Shown one piece after another: positions 35,860 through 45,175 of a stretch of DNA of 64,000 bases (within the stretch, counting starts at the first letter, position 1; every line of letters begins with the position of its first letter). The notes below the pieces were generated by a model. The model did no database searches and was not told the origin of the DNA. It saw nothing but the letters and a program-made list of their open reading frames with translations. The DNA is from Candidatus Harrisonbacteria bacterium (GTDB lineage Bacteria > Patescibacteriota > Minisyncoccia > UBA6257 > UBA11618): positions 5,895-69,894 of the forward strand of contig JAHFLO010000001.1 in assembly GCA_023244855.1 (NCBI GenBank), written 5' to 3'. The position numbers were made by a program, and so were the translations under genes.

Positions 35860-36310
35860 CCTGATAAACAAATTGTTTACCGGCAAACACTTTATATTTT
35901 TTGTAAAACACTTTTGTTTTACAAAGTGTTAAACATCGCTGTTAAACAAAATTTTGTTTAACACCCAAAAAAGATAATAGCAAAGCGCCCGCCCGCTTGT
36001 TTTACAAACATGGCATTGACTTACTTTGTTTAACAGTGTGAAACATATCGTTTTGTAAAACAATCCGATACGCTCATGGATATTAGATTTTATTAAAAAA
36101 TGCATAATTGAGTGTTTAGCGTTTTTCACGAAAAAACGATTTTATTTTGTAAATCAACCAACACTCGACCGCATTTGTAAAACAATTTGTTTGCTGACAA
36201 GCATTGATTTACATAATTTAGAGTGTTGGTTGATTTACAAATCAAATCACTTGTTGGTCAACCAACAGTGATTTGCTGATGTAATTGAGTGTTGGTTGAT
36301 TTACAATCAA
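35860..36310. repeat. A+T-rich block dense in iterons and palindromes
   Basis: 20-mer GAGTGTTGGTTGATTTACAA at 36221-40 and 36287-306, inverted at 36147-66. 22-nt perfect palindrome at 35941-62. IR TTGTAAAACA-cttt-TGTTTTACAA at 35901-24. More than 10 copies of TGTTT(T/A)ACA-type words. Confidence 0.8.
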
Positions 36311-36314
36311 ACAC

Positions 36315-36677
36315 ATGACCCCGAAGCAAAAACGCGGAAACAGGGGAGAGGATATCGCCGCCGAATACCTTATCGCAAAAGGACATACAATAATCGACCG
36401 CCAACACCGTAAGCCGTGGGGCGAACTAGATATCATAGCGAAGGCAGGGGATGACACGCTCGTCTTCGTGGAGGTGAAAGCCATAGGGGCGGGCAGCGGG
36501 GCTTTTACGCCCGAGGGGAATATGACCTCTACCAAGATTATGAAAACCAAGCGGGCCGCCCTAACCTACGCGAACGCCAACCCAAAGCTTTCGGCCAAGG
36601 GGTGGCGCATAGACGTCATCGCCATAGACCTCGCAGGGGATACGGCGCGCGCCCTCCGGCACTACGAAAATATCTAA
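36315..36677 (+). CDS. yraN: YraN-family (UPF0102) endonuclease-like protein
   Basis: GEDIAAEYLIAKGHTIIDRQHRKPWGELDIIAK..LVFVEVK is the UPF0102 pattern. TACAAT lies 7 nt upstream of the ATG. Confidence 0.8.
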   Translation: MTPKQKRGNRGEDIAAEYLIAKGHTIIDRQHRKPWGELDIIAKAGDDTLVFVEVKAIGAGSGAFTPEGNMTSTKIMKTKRAALTYANANPKLSAKGWRIDVIAIDLAGDTARALRHYENI

Positions 36678-36824
36678 CGAGGGTGGGGGATGGACTTGAC
36701 AAGAAGCCCTGAAAAGAATATCCTTTTAGAGTAAGTGCTGTGATTGACTGGCCGCCCGTGGGGTGGCCATTACTGTTTTTAAATACCATTCTCATCACTA
36801 AAATAATTAATAAAAAATAAAAAT

Positions 36825-38084
36825 ATGTTCGACCTGAAAGTCATCGCGCGCGCCATCGAGCAGCTCGCGGAAGAGAAGCACATAGAAACCGGCAAAGTAG
36901 TCGAGGCTGTTGAAGCCGCACTCGCCGCTGCGTACAAAAAAGAATACGAAAAGAGGGGAGAGGTCGTGCGCGCGAAATTCGATTTAAAAACCGGCAACGT
37001 TACCTTCGCGCAAATCAAAACCGTAGCGGATGAAACGACCGTCGACATGACACCGCCATCCGAAGAAGAAATCGCAGCGGAAAAAGCACCCGCCGAAATG
37101 GACTACCGCAACTCGCGCTACGAAGCGCCGGAGCCCGTACTCGAAGAAGGCAAATTACCGCGCTACAATCCCGACCGTTACATCTTGATCAAGGAAGCGC
37201 AGAAGATTAAAGCCGACGTACTGCTCGGCGAAGAATTGGAATTCCCGCTCGAAACGAAAATCGACTTCGGCCGTATTGCCTCGCAAACGGCGAAGCAAAA
37301 TATTTTACAGAAACTCCGCGAAGCGGAACGCGACTCGATCATGTCCGAATTCAAGAATAAAGAAGGTGAGATTGTTAACGGCGTGATACAGCGCTTTGAG
37401 CGGGGGACTACGTACGTCGACATCGGCCGCGCAACGGGCGTGATGTTCTACAACGAATCCATCCCTGGCGAGCACTACCGCATCGGCGACCGCATGAAGT
37501 TCTACGTGACGGCAATCCAGAACGACACGAAGGGTCCCGGTATTATTCTTTCGCGCGCGCACCCGCGCCTCGTCGTAAAACTCTTTGCGCTCGAGTCGCC
37601 CGAAATTGCGGATGGCTCGGTAGAGATCCAAGCCATCGCGCGCGAAGCCGGCAACCGCACAAAGATTGCGGTGGTATCGCACATGAAAGGCGTTGACCCC
37701 GTTGGCTGTTGCGTCGGCCAGCGCGGCACCCGCGTAATGGCGGTAAGCGGCGAACTCGGCCAAGAGAAAATAGACATCATAGAATTCTCCGAAGACCCCG
37801 CGGACTTTATTGCGCACGCATTGTCGCCCGCAAAAGTCGCGCGCGTGGAGATTATGCCGCGCCGCGAAGCCCGCGCCTTTATTCCTGACGACCAGCTCTC
37901 TTTAGCTATCGGCAAGGGCGGCCAGAACGTGCGCTTGGCGCACCGGCTGACTGGCTGGAAGATAGACATCCGCGCCGAGTCCTCGCCGGAAACCGCCGTA
38001 CTGAAAGATGAAGAAATGCCGCAAGCGGAGGGAGCTGAGGAAACAGCGACGGACGCATCCACTGAACCGAAGACTGAAGCGTAA
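36825..38084 (+). CDS. nusA: Transcription termination/antitermination factor NusA
   Basis: 419 aa. N-terminal domain, S1 (GEIVNGVIQRFERGTTYVDIG) and two KH domains (VGCCVGQRGTRV, AIGKGGQNVRLA). Confidence 0.9.
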   Translation: MFDLKVIARAIEQLAEEKHIETGKVVEAVEAALAAAYKKEYEKRGEVVRAKFDLKTGNVTFAQIKTVADETTVDMTPPSEEEIAAEKAPAEMDYRNSRYEAPEPVLEEGKLPRYNPDRYILIKEAQKIKADVLLGEELEFPLETKIDFGRIASQTAKQNILQKLREAERDSIMSEFKNKEGEIVNGVIQRFERGTTYVDIGRATGVMFYNESIPGEHYRIGDRMKFYVTAIQNDTKGPGIILSRAHPRLVVKLFALESPEIADGSVEIQAIAREAGNRTKIAVVSHMKGVDPVGCCVGQRGTRVMAVSGELGQEKIDIIEFSEDPADFIAHALSPAKVARVEIMPRREARAFIPDDQLSLAIGKGGQNVRLAHRLTGWKIDIRAESSPETAVLKDEEMPQAEGAEETATDASTEPKTEA

Positions 38085-38118
38085 AATCTACCCACTAACC
38101 ACTACCCACTAAAAACAT

Positions 38119-38631
38119 ATGGACATGATGAAATTGACGGCAGGGGACAACGCACCGGAAGAAATAAACGTCTTCGTGGAGATCCCGCAGGGATCGTCTA
38201 TTAAGTACGAAGTAGACAAAGATTCGGGCCTGCTTTTCGTGGACCGCTTCTTGCACACCGCAATGAGCTACCCCTTTAACTACGGCTTCGTGCCGCAAAC
38301 GGACGCAGAAGACGGCGACGCCGTTGACGTACTTCTCATATCCTCGATGCCGGTAACACCGGGATCCGTCGTACGTGCGCGGCCCATCGGTATGCTCGAA
38401 ATGGAAGACGAAGCCGGCATGGATAACAAAATCCTCGCAGTACCCATTAAAAAAATCGACCCCGACTATACAGACATCGAAGATATTACTGACATTAGCG
38501 AACACACGAAAAACAAAATTAAGCACTTCTTCGAAAACATGAAGTCGCTCGAGAAAGGGAAGTGGGTAAAGCTCAAAAACTTTTTGGGGAAGGATGCCGC
38601 GATGGAAGAGATTAGGAAGTGCATGAAGTAA
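38119..38631 (+). CDS. ppa: Inorganic pyrophosphatase (family I)
   Basis: [25 protein letters not shown]. Confidence 0.9.
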   Translation: MDMMKLTAGDNAPEEINVFVEIPQGSSIKYEVDKDSGLLFVDRFLHTAMSYPFNYGFVPQTDAEDGDAVDVLLISSMPVTPGSVVRARPIGMLEMEDEAGMDNKILAVPIKKIDPDYTDIEDITDISEHTKNKIKHFFENMKSLEKGKWVKLKNFLGKDAAMEEIRKCMK

Positions 38632-38640
38632 AAACCAACC

Positions 38641-39819
38641 ATGAAATCAACGTTCAAAAAACTGCCGGCATCGGCCGTAGAACTCACGGTCGACATGGAC
38701 CTCGTCGAGTTCAAGGACTACTACGCGCGCGCATTCCAAGCGGCGAAGGCGGGTATTGAGATTAAAGGGTTCCGTAAGGGTATGGCGCCGGACGCTGTAC
38801 TCGAAGGGGCGATAGACCCGAAGAAACTTTTTGACGACGCTGCGGAGCGCGCGATAAAAACCACGCTCACGGACGAAACGGAAAAAAACGCGTGGACGAT
38901 AATCGACCGCCCCGTGATTGAAATAAAAGATACGGATAAATCCTTCTCGTACGTCGCGAAGTTTTCGATCTTCCCCGAAGTAAATATCGAAGGGTTCGAC
39001 GCGATAGCCGAAAAAGAGCGTGCCACGCTCGAAAAGAAAAAGGAGAAAATAACCGTAAAAGAAGACGAAACAAAAGAGGCGCTTACGTGGCTCCAAAACG
39101 CCCGCGCGGAAAATAAAGAAACGGCAGAACCTGCCGCACTCGGCCGCGTAATCGAAATCACGGTAAAGAGTTCGTTCGCGAAAGAAGCTCACGACGACCG
39201 CTTCGTAGTTGGCAAGGGCCGCTTCATGGCGGGCTTCGAAGACAAGCTGATAGGGAAGATTGCAGGGGAGACTGTGGCGTTTTCCATCAAAGGACCCGCC
39301 GACTACTGGAACGAAGAACTGCGCAATAAGGACGTTGATTTTTCCGTGACTATTAACAAAGTCTACGACCAAGTCCTGCCGGAACTCGACGATGCCTTCG
39401 CCGAAAAGGCAGGGAAATTCAAAACCCTCGTAGAGCTAAAGGAAAGTATCATGACGGGTATACGCGAAGAGAAAGTCCACCACGAAGAAGAAGCGGCGTG
39501 TATTGCGGCGCTCGAAGCTGCAGTAACGAAGGCGAATATCGACGTGCCGCGTCCGATGATAGAAAAACTCCGCGAGCAAGATAAAGAGATGACGGAAGAA
39601 GTCGCGAAACGGAAAATCGCGACGCACCTCGTGATTTACGCAATTGCAGATAAAGCCGGCATCCGCCCCACAGAAGAAGAAATCCAAACGGAAATCGCCA
39701 AGTACGGCGCGGGTGCTATGCGTGGCGAAAACGGACCGATTGACGCTAAAAAAATCCATGGTTATATTTACGAGAGGCTCCAGCAGAAGAAAGTCTACGA
39801 TTACATCCTCAAAAAATAA
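38641..39819 (+). CDS. tig: Trigger factor (short form)
   Basis: [10 protein letters not shown] motif at the N-terminus. FKBP-like middle region. Located upstream of clpP. Confidence 0.8.
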   Translation: MKSTFKKLPASAVELTVDMDLVEFKDYYARAFQAAKAGIEIKGFRKGMAPDAVLEGAIDPKKLFDDAAERAIKTTLTDETEKNAWTIIDRPVIEIKDTDKSFSYVAKFSIFPEVNIEGFDAIAEKERATLEKKKEKITVKEDETKEALTWLQNARAENKETAEPAALGRVIEITVKSSFAKEAHDDRFVVGKGRFMAGFEDKLIGKIAGETVAFSIKGPADYWNEELRNKDVDFSVTINKVYDQVLPELDDAFAEKAGKFKTLVELKESIMTGIREEKVHHEEEAACIAALEAAVTKANIDVPRPMIEKLREQDKEMTEEVAKRKIATHLVIYAIADKAGIRPTEEEIQTEIAKYGAGAMRGENGPIDAKKIHGYIYERLQQKKVYDYILKK

Positions 39820-40409
39820 TGAATAACTACCTCGTCCCTACGGTTATAGAGAAGTCCTCGCAAGGGGAGCGCGCGTACGACATCTACTCGCGGCTTCTTA
39901 AGGAGCGCATTATCTTCCTCTCCGGCCCTGTGACGGACGCTTTGGCGAACACCGTTATCGCGCAGCTACTCTTCCTCGAAAACGAGGATTCGAAGAAAGA
40001 CATTACGATTTATATAAACACCCCTGGCGGGTCCGTAAGCGCCGGCCTCGCAATATACGACACGATGCAATACGTTAAGCCGCACGTATCGACCGTCTGT
40101 GTAGGCATCGCCGCATCCATGGGCGCGGTACTACTCGCCGCCGGCACGAAAGGCAAGCGCTTTTCGCTACCTAATTCCGAGATACTTTTACACCAAGTAA
40201 TGGGCGGCGCGCAGGGGCAGGCAAGCGAGATAGAAATCACCGCCCGCCAGATATTGAAGATTAAAGACCGCCTCAACAAAATCCTCGTAAAGCACACGGG
40301 GCAGACAGCTGGTAAAATAGAAAAAGACACCGACCGCGACTTCTACCTCTCGGCACCCGAGGCGAAGGACTACGGCGTCATCGACGCGATAATCGAAAAC
40401 CGCAAATAA
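39819..40409 (+). CDS. clpP: ATP-dependent Clp protease proteolytic subunit
   Basis: [44 protein letters not shown] overlap with tig. Confidence 0.95.
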   Translation: MNNYLVPTVIEKSSQGERAYDIYSRLLKERIIFLSGPVTDALANTVIAQLLFLENEDSKKDITIYINTPGGSVSAGLAIYDTMQYVKPHVSTVCVGIAASMGAVLLAAGTKGKRFSLPNSEILLHQVMGGAQGQASEIEITARQILKIKDRLNKILVKHTGQTAGKIEKDTDRDFYLSAPEAKDYGVIDAIIENRK

Positions 40410-40912
40410 TGCGCTTTCATTTCTGGGAATACGTTTTCTTCGTAAGCGCCTTCGGGACGGTGGTATTTTTCCCCGCCGCGCAGGATTTAATGCCGCTCCT
40501 TGCCGTACCGGCATATGCCTTCAACGCCGCGCTCGCGGGTATCGCAGCACTCGCGGGCCTTACGCTTTACGAAACGAGCCGCGGTAACAGAACGCGCAAG
40601 CGGTCGCTCATAATCGCAGCCCTCGCTGGATGCACGGCAGTACTCATAAGCACTGGCGGGTACGCCTCATCGCCGGAATTCGCACTATGGTCGCTTAATG
40701 CGGCCGTCGCCGTATGCACATTCGGGTCAATTCTCGCTCGCCGCTTTTTCCGCCGCGTGGAGCGCGATTTCCGCCGGAATGCAGCGCACGTTCTCGCACT
40801 TGGCCTCGCAATGAATGCCGTAGGGCTCCTCGGAGCGCATCTTTTAGTACTCTTCCCGCCCGTAATAATCGGAGTACTTTTCGCCACCCTAACCTTCGCT
40901 GCGCTTTTATAA
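40409..40912 (+). CDS. Hypothetical multi-TM membrane protein
   Basis: 167 aa, 4-5 hydrophobic helices. Translationally coupled (TAATG) to clpP. Confidence 0.5.
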   Translation: MRFHFWEYVFFVSAFGTVVFFPAAQDLMPLLAVPAYAFNAALAGIAALAGLTLYETSRGNRTRKRSLIIAALAGCTAVLISTGGYASSPEFALWSLNAAVAVCTFGSILARRFFRRVERDFRRNAAHVLALGLAMNAVGLLGAHLLVLFPPVIIGVLFATLTFAALL

Positions 40913-42052
40913 ATGCAATCACGTAATCTTTTAGATAACGCTGTAGATATTGCGGATAAGGCGCATCTCGAGGCAGCGCTCGCCTCCGGTAAAAAACTCC
41001 GCGTAAAGTTCGGCATTGACCCCACCGCACCAGACCTCCACCTAGGACATGCCGTCGTACTCCGCAAACTGCGCGCCTTCCAAGACGCCGGACATCAAGC
41101 GGTTTTAATAATAGGGGACTTTACGGCAATGATCGGCGACCCAACGGGCAAATCAACCACGCGCCCCACGCTCACGAAGGAGCAAGTGAAGGCTAATCTC
41201 GATACGTATCTCGCCCAAGCGGGCGCTATCCTTGATATAAAAACTACCGAAATACGACATAACAGCGAATGGCTAAATGAATCTCTCCCTAAGCTTATTG
41301 AGCTTATGGGCAAGGTGAGTATCCAACAAGTGCTTCATCGCGCGGACTTCAAGAAACGAATGGGGGAGGAAGTCGACATAAGCATGCTCGAAATAATGTA
41401 TCCATTACTCCAAGGTTACGACTCGGTTGCCGTGCGTGCTGATGTAGAGCTCGGAGGAACAGACCAGACATTTAACATGCTTATGGGCAGGCGCGTACAA
41501 CGCGCGTTTAATACACCCGAGCAAGACGTTATGACACTTCCACTCATCGAGGGGACGGACGGAGAACATAAAATGTCCAAGAGTCTCGGCAACTACATAG
41601 CGCTTAAAGATGTGCCTGAAGACATGTTTGGCAAAATAATGTCCCTGCCGGATAACCTCATGCCTAAGTACTTCGCGCTCTTGACCGATATCGCGATGCC
41701 CGCGGATATGAAGCCGCGCGATACAAAGGCCTTACTTGCACGCACTATCGTAGCAGACTACCACGGAGCAAAAGCAGGGGAGAATGCCGAGCAGGAATTT
41801 ATGCGCGTTCACGGCAAAAAAGAAATGCCGGCAGACATGCCGGAGCTTTATATAACGAGTAGCGAGGTAAACATTATCGATCTGCTTCTTTTAGCCGAAG
41901 TTAAAAGTAAGGCAGAGGCGCGGCGGCTTATCGAGCAGGGGGGTGTAAAAATCGACGGGGCGACTATTACGCAAGCTGAGACACCTATTGCTGCTGCGGA
42001 CGGAACTGTGCTCCAGATAGGCAAGTTGAAGTTTTTTAGGATTAAGAAATAA
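40913..42052 (+). CDS. tyrS: Tyrosyl-tRNA synthetase
   Basis: PDLHLGHAVV (HIGH), KMSKSLGN, C-terminal S4-like domain. Confidence 0.9.
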   Translation: MQSRNLLDNAVDIADKAHLEAALASGKKLRVKFGIDPTAPDLHLGHAVVLRKLRAFQDAGHQAVLIIGDFTAMIGDPTGKSTTRPTLTKEQVKANLDTYLAQAGAILDIKTTEIRHNSEWLNESLPKLIELMGKVSIQQVLHRADFKKRMGEEVDISMLEIMYPLLQGYDSVAVRADVELGGTDQTFNMLMGRRVQRAFNTPEQDVMTLPLIEGTDGEHKMSKSLGNYIALKDVPEDMFGKIMSLPDNLMPKYFALLTDIAMPADMKPRDTKALLARTIVADYHGAKAGENAEQEFMRVHGKKEMPADMPELYITSSEVNIIDLLLLAEVKSKAEARRLIEQGGVKIDGATITQAETPIAAADGTVLQIGKLKFFRIKK

Positions 42053-42105
42053 AAAAACGTCCATTAAGAGAAGCGATCGGGCATATTTGGTATACTTGCT
42101 ATGAT

Positions 42106-43434
42106 ATGCGAAATGCACGGATATTTACCGGCCTCTTATTTTTAGTAATCGTTTCTTTTGCGCAGGCCCAAGAGTTCTCATCGGCAGAAAATACCGCATG
42201 CACGAAATTAGGAGGCGCGGTGCGGCATCAGCTACGCAAGGATAACGGCAAGCAATCGACTGTCGACATATGCGATTGCGGGAACGGTAAATCCCTTTTA
42301 AAAGCCGACCTTCAAAAAAAAGAAGCCTCATGCGATCTCATAAGCAAGCCGCCGCCGCGCGTAACGCCCCCTAACGCTCAAAAAAACTGCTACGCATGCT
42401 TCTATCAAAAAGTTCCCGAATGCGGAGTCCATACTAACGCGGCTGAATGCGAGAGTGCAGTACCAAAAGAAACAGGAATACGGGATTGCGATTGGGTAAA
42501 AGACGCGTGCATCAGCAGGTTCGAAAATTATTGCCGCAACGAGTGGCAATCAACGCTCGACCTTAAGAATAATCCGGGGCCGCTCATAATCCAAGATCGC
42601 TCGATATTCACCGACCCCGCCCAGAAGAATAATCCCATATTTCAGGCGCTTTCCTGCACGAACCCCGTAATAACCGTCGACGGGCACGGGGAGGGACACT
42701 CAACGCTTTTTGCGCGGGCAGAACGATGCATGGCACACGCCTCGACGGAAAAAATAACTATATGCGATCTCGGCTGCTCCGTCGCCCAAAGCAGGGAGCA
42801 GATGATGAAGCAAGCCGAAGAATTGCGGAAGGCGCTCGCGGGAACGAATATGGAAGTAACCCTCGAAGCCAATCAGGCGGATGCTAACACAAGATGCCCT
42901 TCAACGATGCGAATCGTCATCAAGCCTAAAGCGCTCGCGGTGACCTTCGGGCTATGCAGCGCCCTCGGCGGCGACGATCACCGATGTTATAGGGCGCAGA
43001 CTGCCATGTGCACTGATGACACGACGAAAAAAGAACGAATGGCAATATGCTGCCCCCAAAAACCCGAATGGGGGCCAACGGGGCCATGGCAAAATATTTT
43101 CGGGGGACCGGCAGGAAAATGGATTTTCAACGATAATGGTAAAGGATGCCCTGACAAGCCCCTTACTGACGGCATGACAATGCCTAAACCATTAGCGTGC
43201 TTCGAAGCGAAAGACGATAAAGCGAAGAACGCCTATAATGCCTGCAAGGCCGCTTTTACGGCAATAAAAAAAGATGACGAAACAAGAATATCCAAATTAT
43301 TCGCGGCGAGCGAAAGCAAGGACTGCCAGACGTTTTACTGGCATCTAGCGAAGCCTGATAAAAAAATCGCCTGTGCGGTGGAAGAAAAAGAACTCGACCG
43401 AATCGTAAAAAACGTCGTATCTTCATTACCATAA
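42106..43434 (+). CDS. Cys-rich secreted hypothetical protein
   Basis: 442 aa. Signal peptide MRNARIFTGLLFLVIVSFAQAQ, about 30 Cys. TATACT lies 9 nt upstream of the ATG. Terminator at 43433-43472. Confidence 0.6.
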   Translation: MRNARIFTGLLFLVIVSFAQAQEFSSAENTACTKLGGAVRHQLRKDNGKQSTVDICDCGNGKSLLKADLQKKEASCDLISKPPPRVTPPNAQKNCYACFYQKVPECGVHTNAAECESAVPKETGIRDCDWVKDACISRFENYCRNEWQSTLDLKNNPGPLIIQDRSIFTDPAQKNNPIFQALSCTNPVITVDGHGEGHSTLFARAERCMAHASTEKITICDLGCSVAQSREQMMKQAEELRKALAGTNMEVTLEANQADANTRCPSTMRIVIKPKALAVTFGLCSALGGDDHRCYRAQTAMCTDDTTKKERMAICCPQKPEWGPTGPWQNIFGGPAGKWIFNDNGKGCPDKPLTDGMTMPKPLACFEAKDDKAKNAYNACKAAFTAIKKDDETRISKLFAASESKDCQTFYWHLAKPDKKIACAVEEKELDRIVKNVVSSLP

Positions 43435-43481
43435 AAAACACCCGACGAGAGAAATCTCGTCGGGGTTTTGATTGTGTGCGC

Positions 43482-43811
43482 TTAGCGCGGCTTGTTGATG
43501 GGGGAGCGACGGAATGAAATGCTTGGCTCAGGCGGATCGAACGAAAATTGGCCGTCATCGTCCGTTCCGACATCGGGGTCGTTCCGCCACATGAGGCGGA
43601 TCAACCCATAGGTAAGTCCCGATGCGAGGAGAATGACCATGCAAATTGCCAGCACAATTCCAAGTACATGCATCAGCCCGATTCGCGCATGGGAATACGC
43701 ATCATGCTGAATTTGCCCGTCAATCAAAGGAATAGCGAGACCGCATAAGACATAACCAATCAGGATCGCCAGAGCCGCAACCCACCACATCACATTTTTC
43801 AACCGATTCAT
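43482..43811 (-). CDS. Hypothetical 2-TM membrane protein (islet gene)
   Basis: 109 aa. ccAAGGAGttaggtcATG. TM helices VMWWVAALAILIGYVLCGLAI and LMHVLGIVLAICMVILLA. Confidence 0.55.
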   Translation of the reverse strand: MNRLKNVMWWVAALAILIGYVLCGLAIPLIDGQIQHDAYSHARIGLMHVLGIVLAICMVILLASGLTYGLIRLMWRNDPDVGTDDDGQFSFDPPEPSISFRRSPINKPR

Positions 43812-43942
43812 GACCTAACTCCTTGGTTTTTTGAGAACATCCGCACACCGCGGATACTTGTATTACAGTACTATATTAGCGGCTATTTGTCAAGTATATT
43901 TGATTTGTCGAGTAAAAAAATATAGTATAATCCATATAGAAA

Positions 43943-44013
43943 GCAGGTATAGTACAATGGTAGTACGTTTGGTTGCCAATCAAAATACACGGGTTCGATT
44001 CCCGTTACCTGCT
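43943..44013 (+). tRNA. tRNA-Gly (anticodon GCC)
   Basis: Acceptor GCAGGTA/TACCTGC, anticodon loop TTGCCAA, discriminator U, T arm ACGGG-TTCGATT-CCCGT. Confidence 0.85.
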
Positions 44014-44022
44014 CAGTCCAAC

Positions 44023-44051
44023 AAAAAGACTCCCTATAAGGGAGTCTTTTT
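44023..44051. terminator. Bidirectional terminator shared by the convergent tRNA-Gly and tRNA-Arg
   Basis: aaaaagactccc-tataa-gggagtcttttt. Confidence 0.8.
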
Positions 44052-44066
44052 GTTTGCTTTAGACAG

Positions 44067-44138
44067 TGCGCCCACGAGGAATCGAACCTCGATTAGAGGA
44101 TCCGCAATCCTCCGTTCTATCCATTAAACTATGGGCGC
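44067..44138 (-). tRNA. tRNA-Arg (anticodon GCG)
   Basis: Acceptor GCGCCCA/TGGGCGC, anticodon arm GAGGA-TTGCGGA-TCCTC, T arm CGAGG-TTCGATT-CCTCG. Confidence 0.8.
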
Positions 44139-44140
44139 CC

Positions 44141-44578
44141 TCAGAAGCGAAGCCAATGGCCCAATGCCTCTACGAACGATTCAGTATACTCCGTTTCGTG
44201 CAGAAAATCCAAGAGATGCTCGCGAATCTCCCGCTCGCGGGCGGGAGGGGTAATTATCTCAATACGAGGGCGAATGGAGCTTTTAGGGATAAAATGGAGC
44301 GAATTATCAGACAAGGCGAAGCTCGTAAACTCGCGATAGCGGTACATTTTACCGTCTATCACAAGCCCCGTATCGTTAATCTCAAACTCGAAATGGCGCG
44401 GCTTGCGCCCTCCCCACGTAATAATAAGGCCGGTCGCGATAAGCGTAAAAACGAAGAAGAGAAAATTGTGCTGCCATAAGGCATACGACGCAAACGCAGC
44501 GCCGCCGAGCGCGATGAATACAGGCCATGCCTCGTCCTTTTCGTGGTAATGGAATTCCGGTGACATCCAGCTGATCAT
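44141..44578 (-). CDS. Hypothetical membrane protein (2 N-terminal TM helices plus a soluble domain)
   Basis: 145 aa. ATGA overlap with the upstream ATP-grasp gene. Confidence 0.5.
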   Translation of the reverse strand: MISWMSPEFHYHEKDEAWPVFIALGGAAFASYALWQHNFLFFVFTLIATGLIITWGGRKPRHFEFEINDTGLVIDGKMYRYREFTSFALSDNSLHFIPKSSIRPRIEIITPPAREREIREHLLDFLHETEYTESFVEALGHWLRF

Positions 44579-45156
44579 AGTATTGATTCTGTAATTTCTT
44601 CCTCAGTTAACCCTGTAAGCTTAGCACTCCGCATAAAAAGACTCGTGCGAGCGAGGGATGGATGAAACTCCACACCCGTAACGAACGGGACTGTACCATT
44701 AACTACCATACGCACGCACGAATGACCTTTTGCGCCTAAGGCTATATGCGCGGCTTTAGCCACTGCCTGCACGGCATCCTGCACAGCAGGTTTTAAATGC
44801 CACGCACCGCTTTCATGGAGCGGGCGGGGTATTGCCTCCACCGGCACAAGCGGCAGAACCTTCCGGCCGTCCATTATCACCCCGCAGGCGACTTCGTGGC
44901 CGGTTACGTGCCGTTGCATAAAAAACCCTCCGGCTTTTACCGCCTGTGCGAAAGCAGGGACGACATCCTCATACTTTGCGACCATGGTGCGCGTAGCTGG
45001 CATATTCTCGTGCCGCGCAACAACAACGGCGGGGAGACCAATACCAGCAACATCTTCTAGCGTTGTCGCGAAAGGCGCAACGGCAACGCCATGCTCCGCG
45101 AGCATTTCAAAAATCGCGTATTCGTCTTTAGGCGCAACGCGCCGTGTCACTGGCAT
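44575..45156 (-). CDS. ATP-grasp domain protein, D-Ala-D-Ala-ligase C-terminal-like (short)
   Basis: 193 aa. GLPAVVVARHENMPATRTMVAKYEDV...VACGVI..GKVLPLVPVE resembles a Ddl ATP-grasp core with no N-terminal domain. Confidence 0.5.
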   Translation of the reverse strand: MPVTRRVAPKDEYAIFEMLAEHGVAVAPFATTLEDVAGIGLPAVVVARHENMPATRTMVAKYEDVVPAFAQAVKAGGFFMQRHVTGHEVACGVIMDGRKVLPLVPVEAIPRPLHESGAWHLKPAVQDAVQAVAKAAHIALGAKGHSCVRMVVNGTVPFVTGVEFHPSLARTSLFMRSAKLTGLTEEEITESIL

Positions 45157-45175
45157 TACCTAAAGTATATACCAA

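Noticed and set aside
35860-36310. Chromosomal oriC
   Set aside because: There are no DnaA boxes inside the block and no dnaA or dnaN nearby. Gene orientation does not clearly diverge here. It is kept only as one hypothesis among several.
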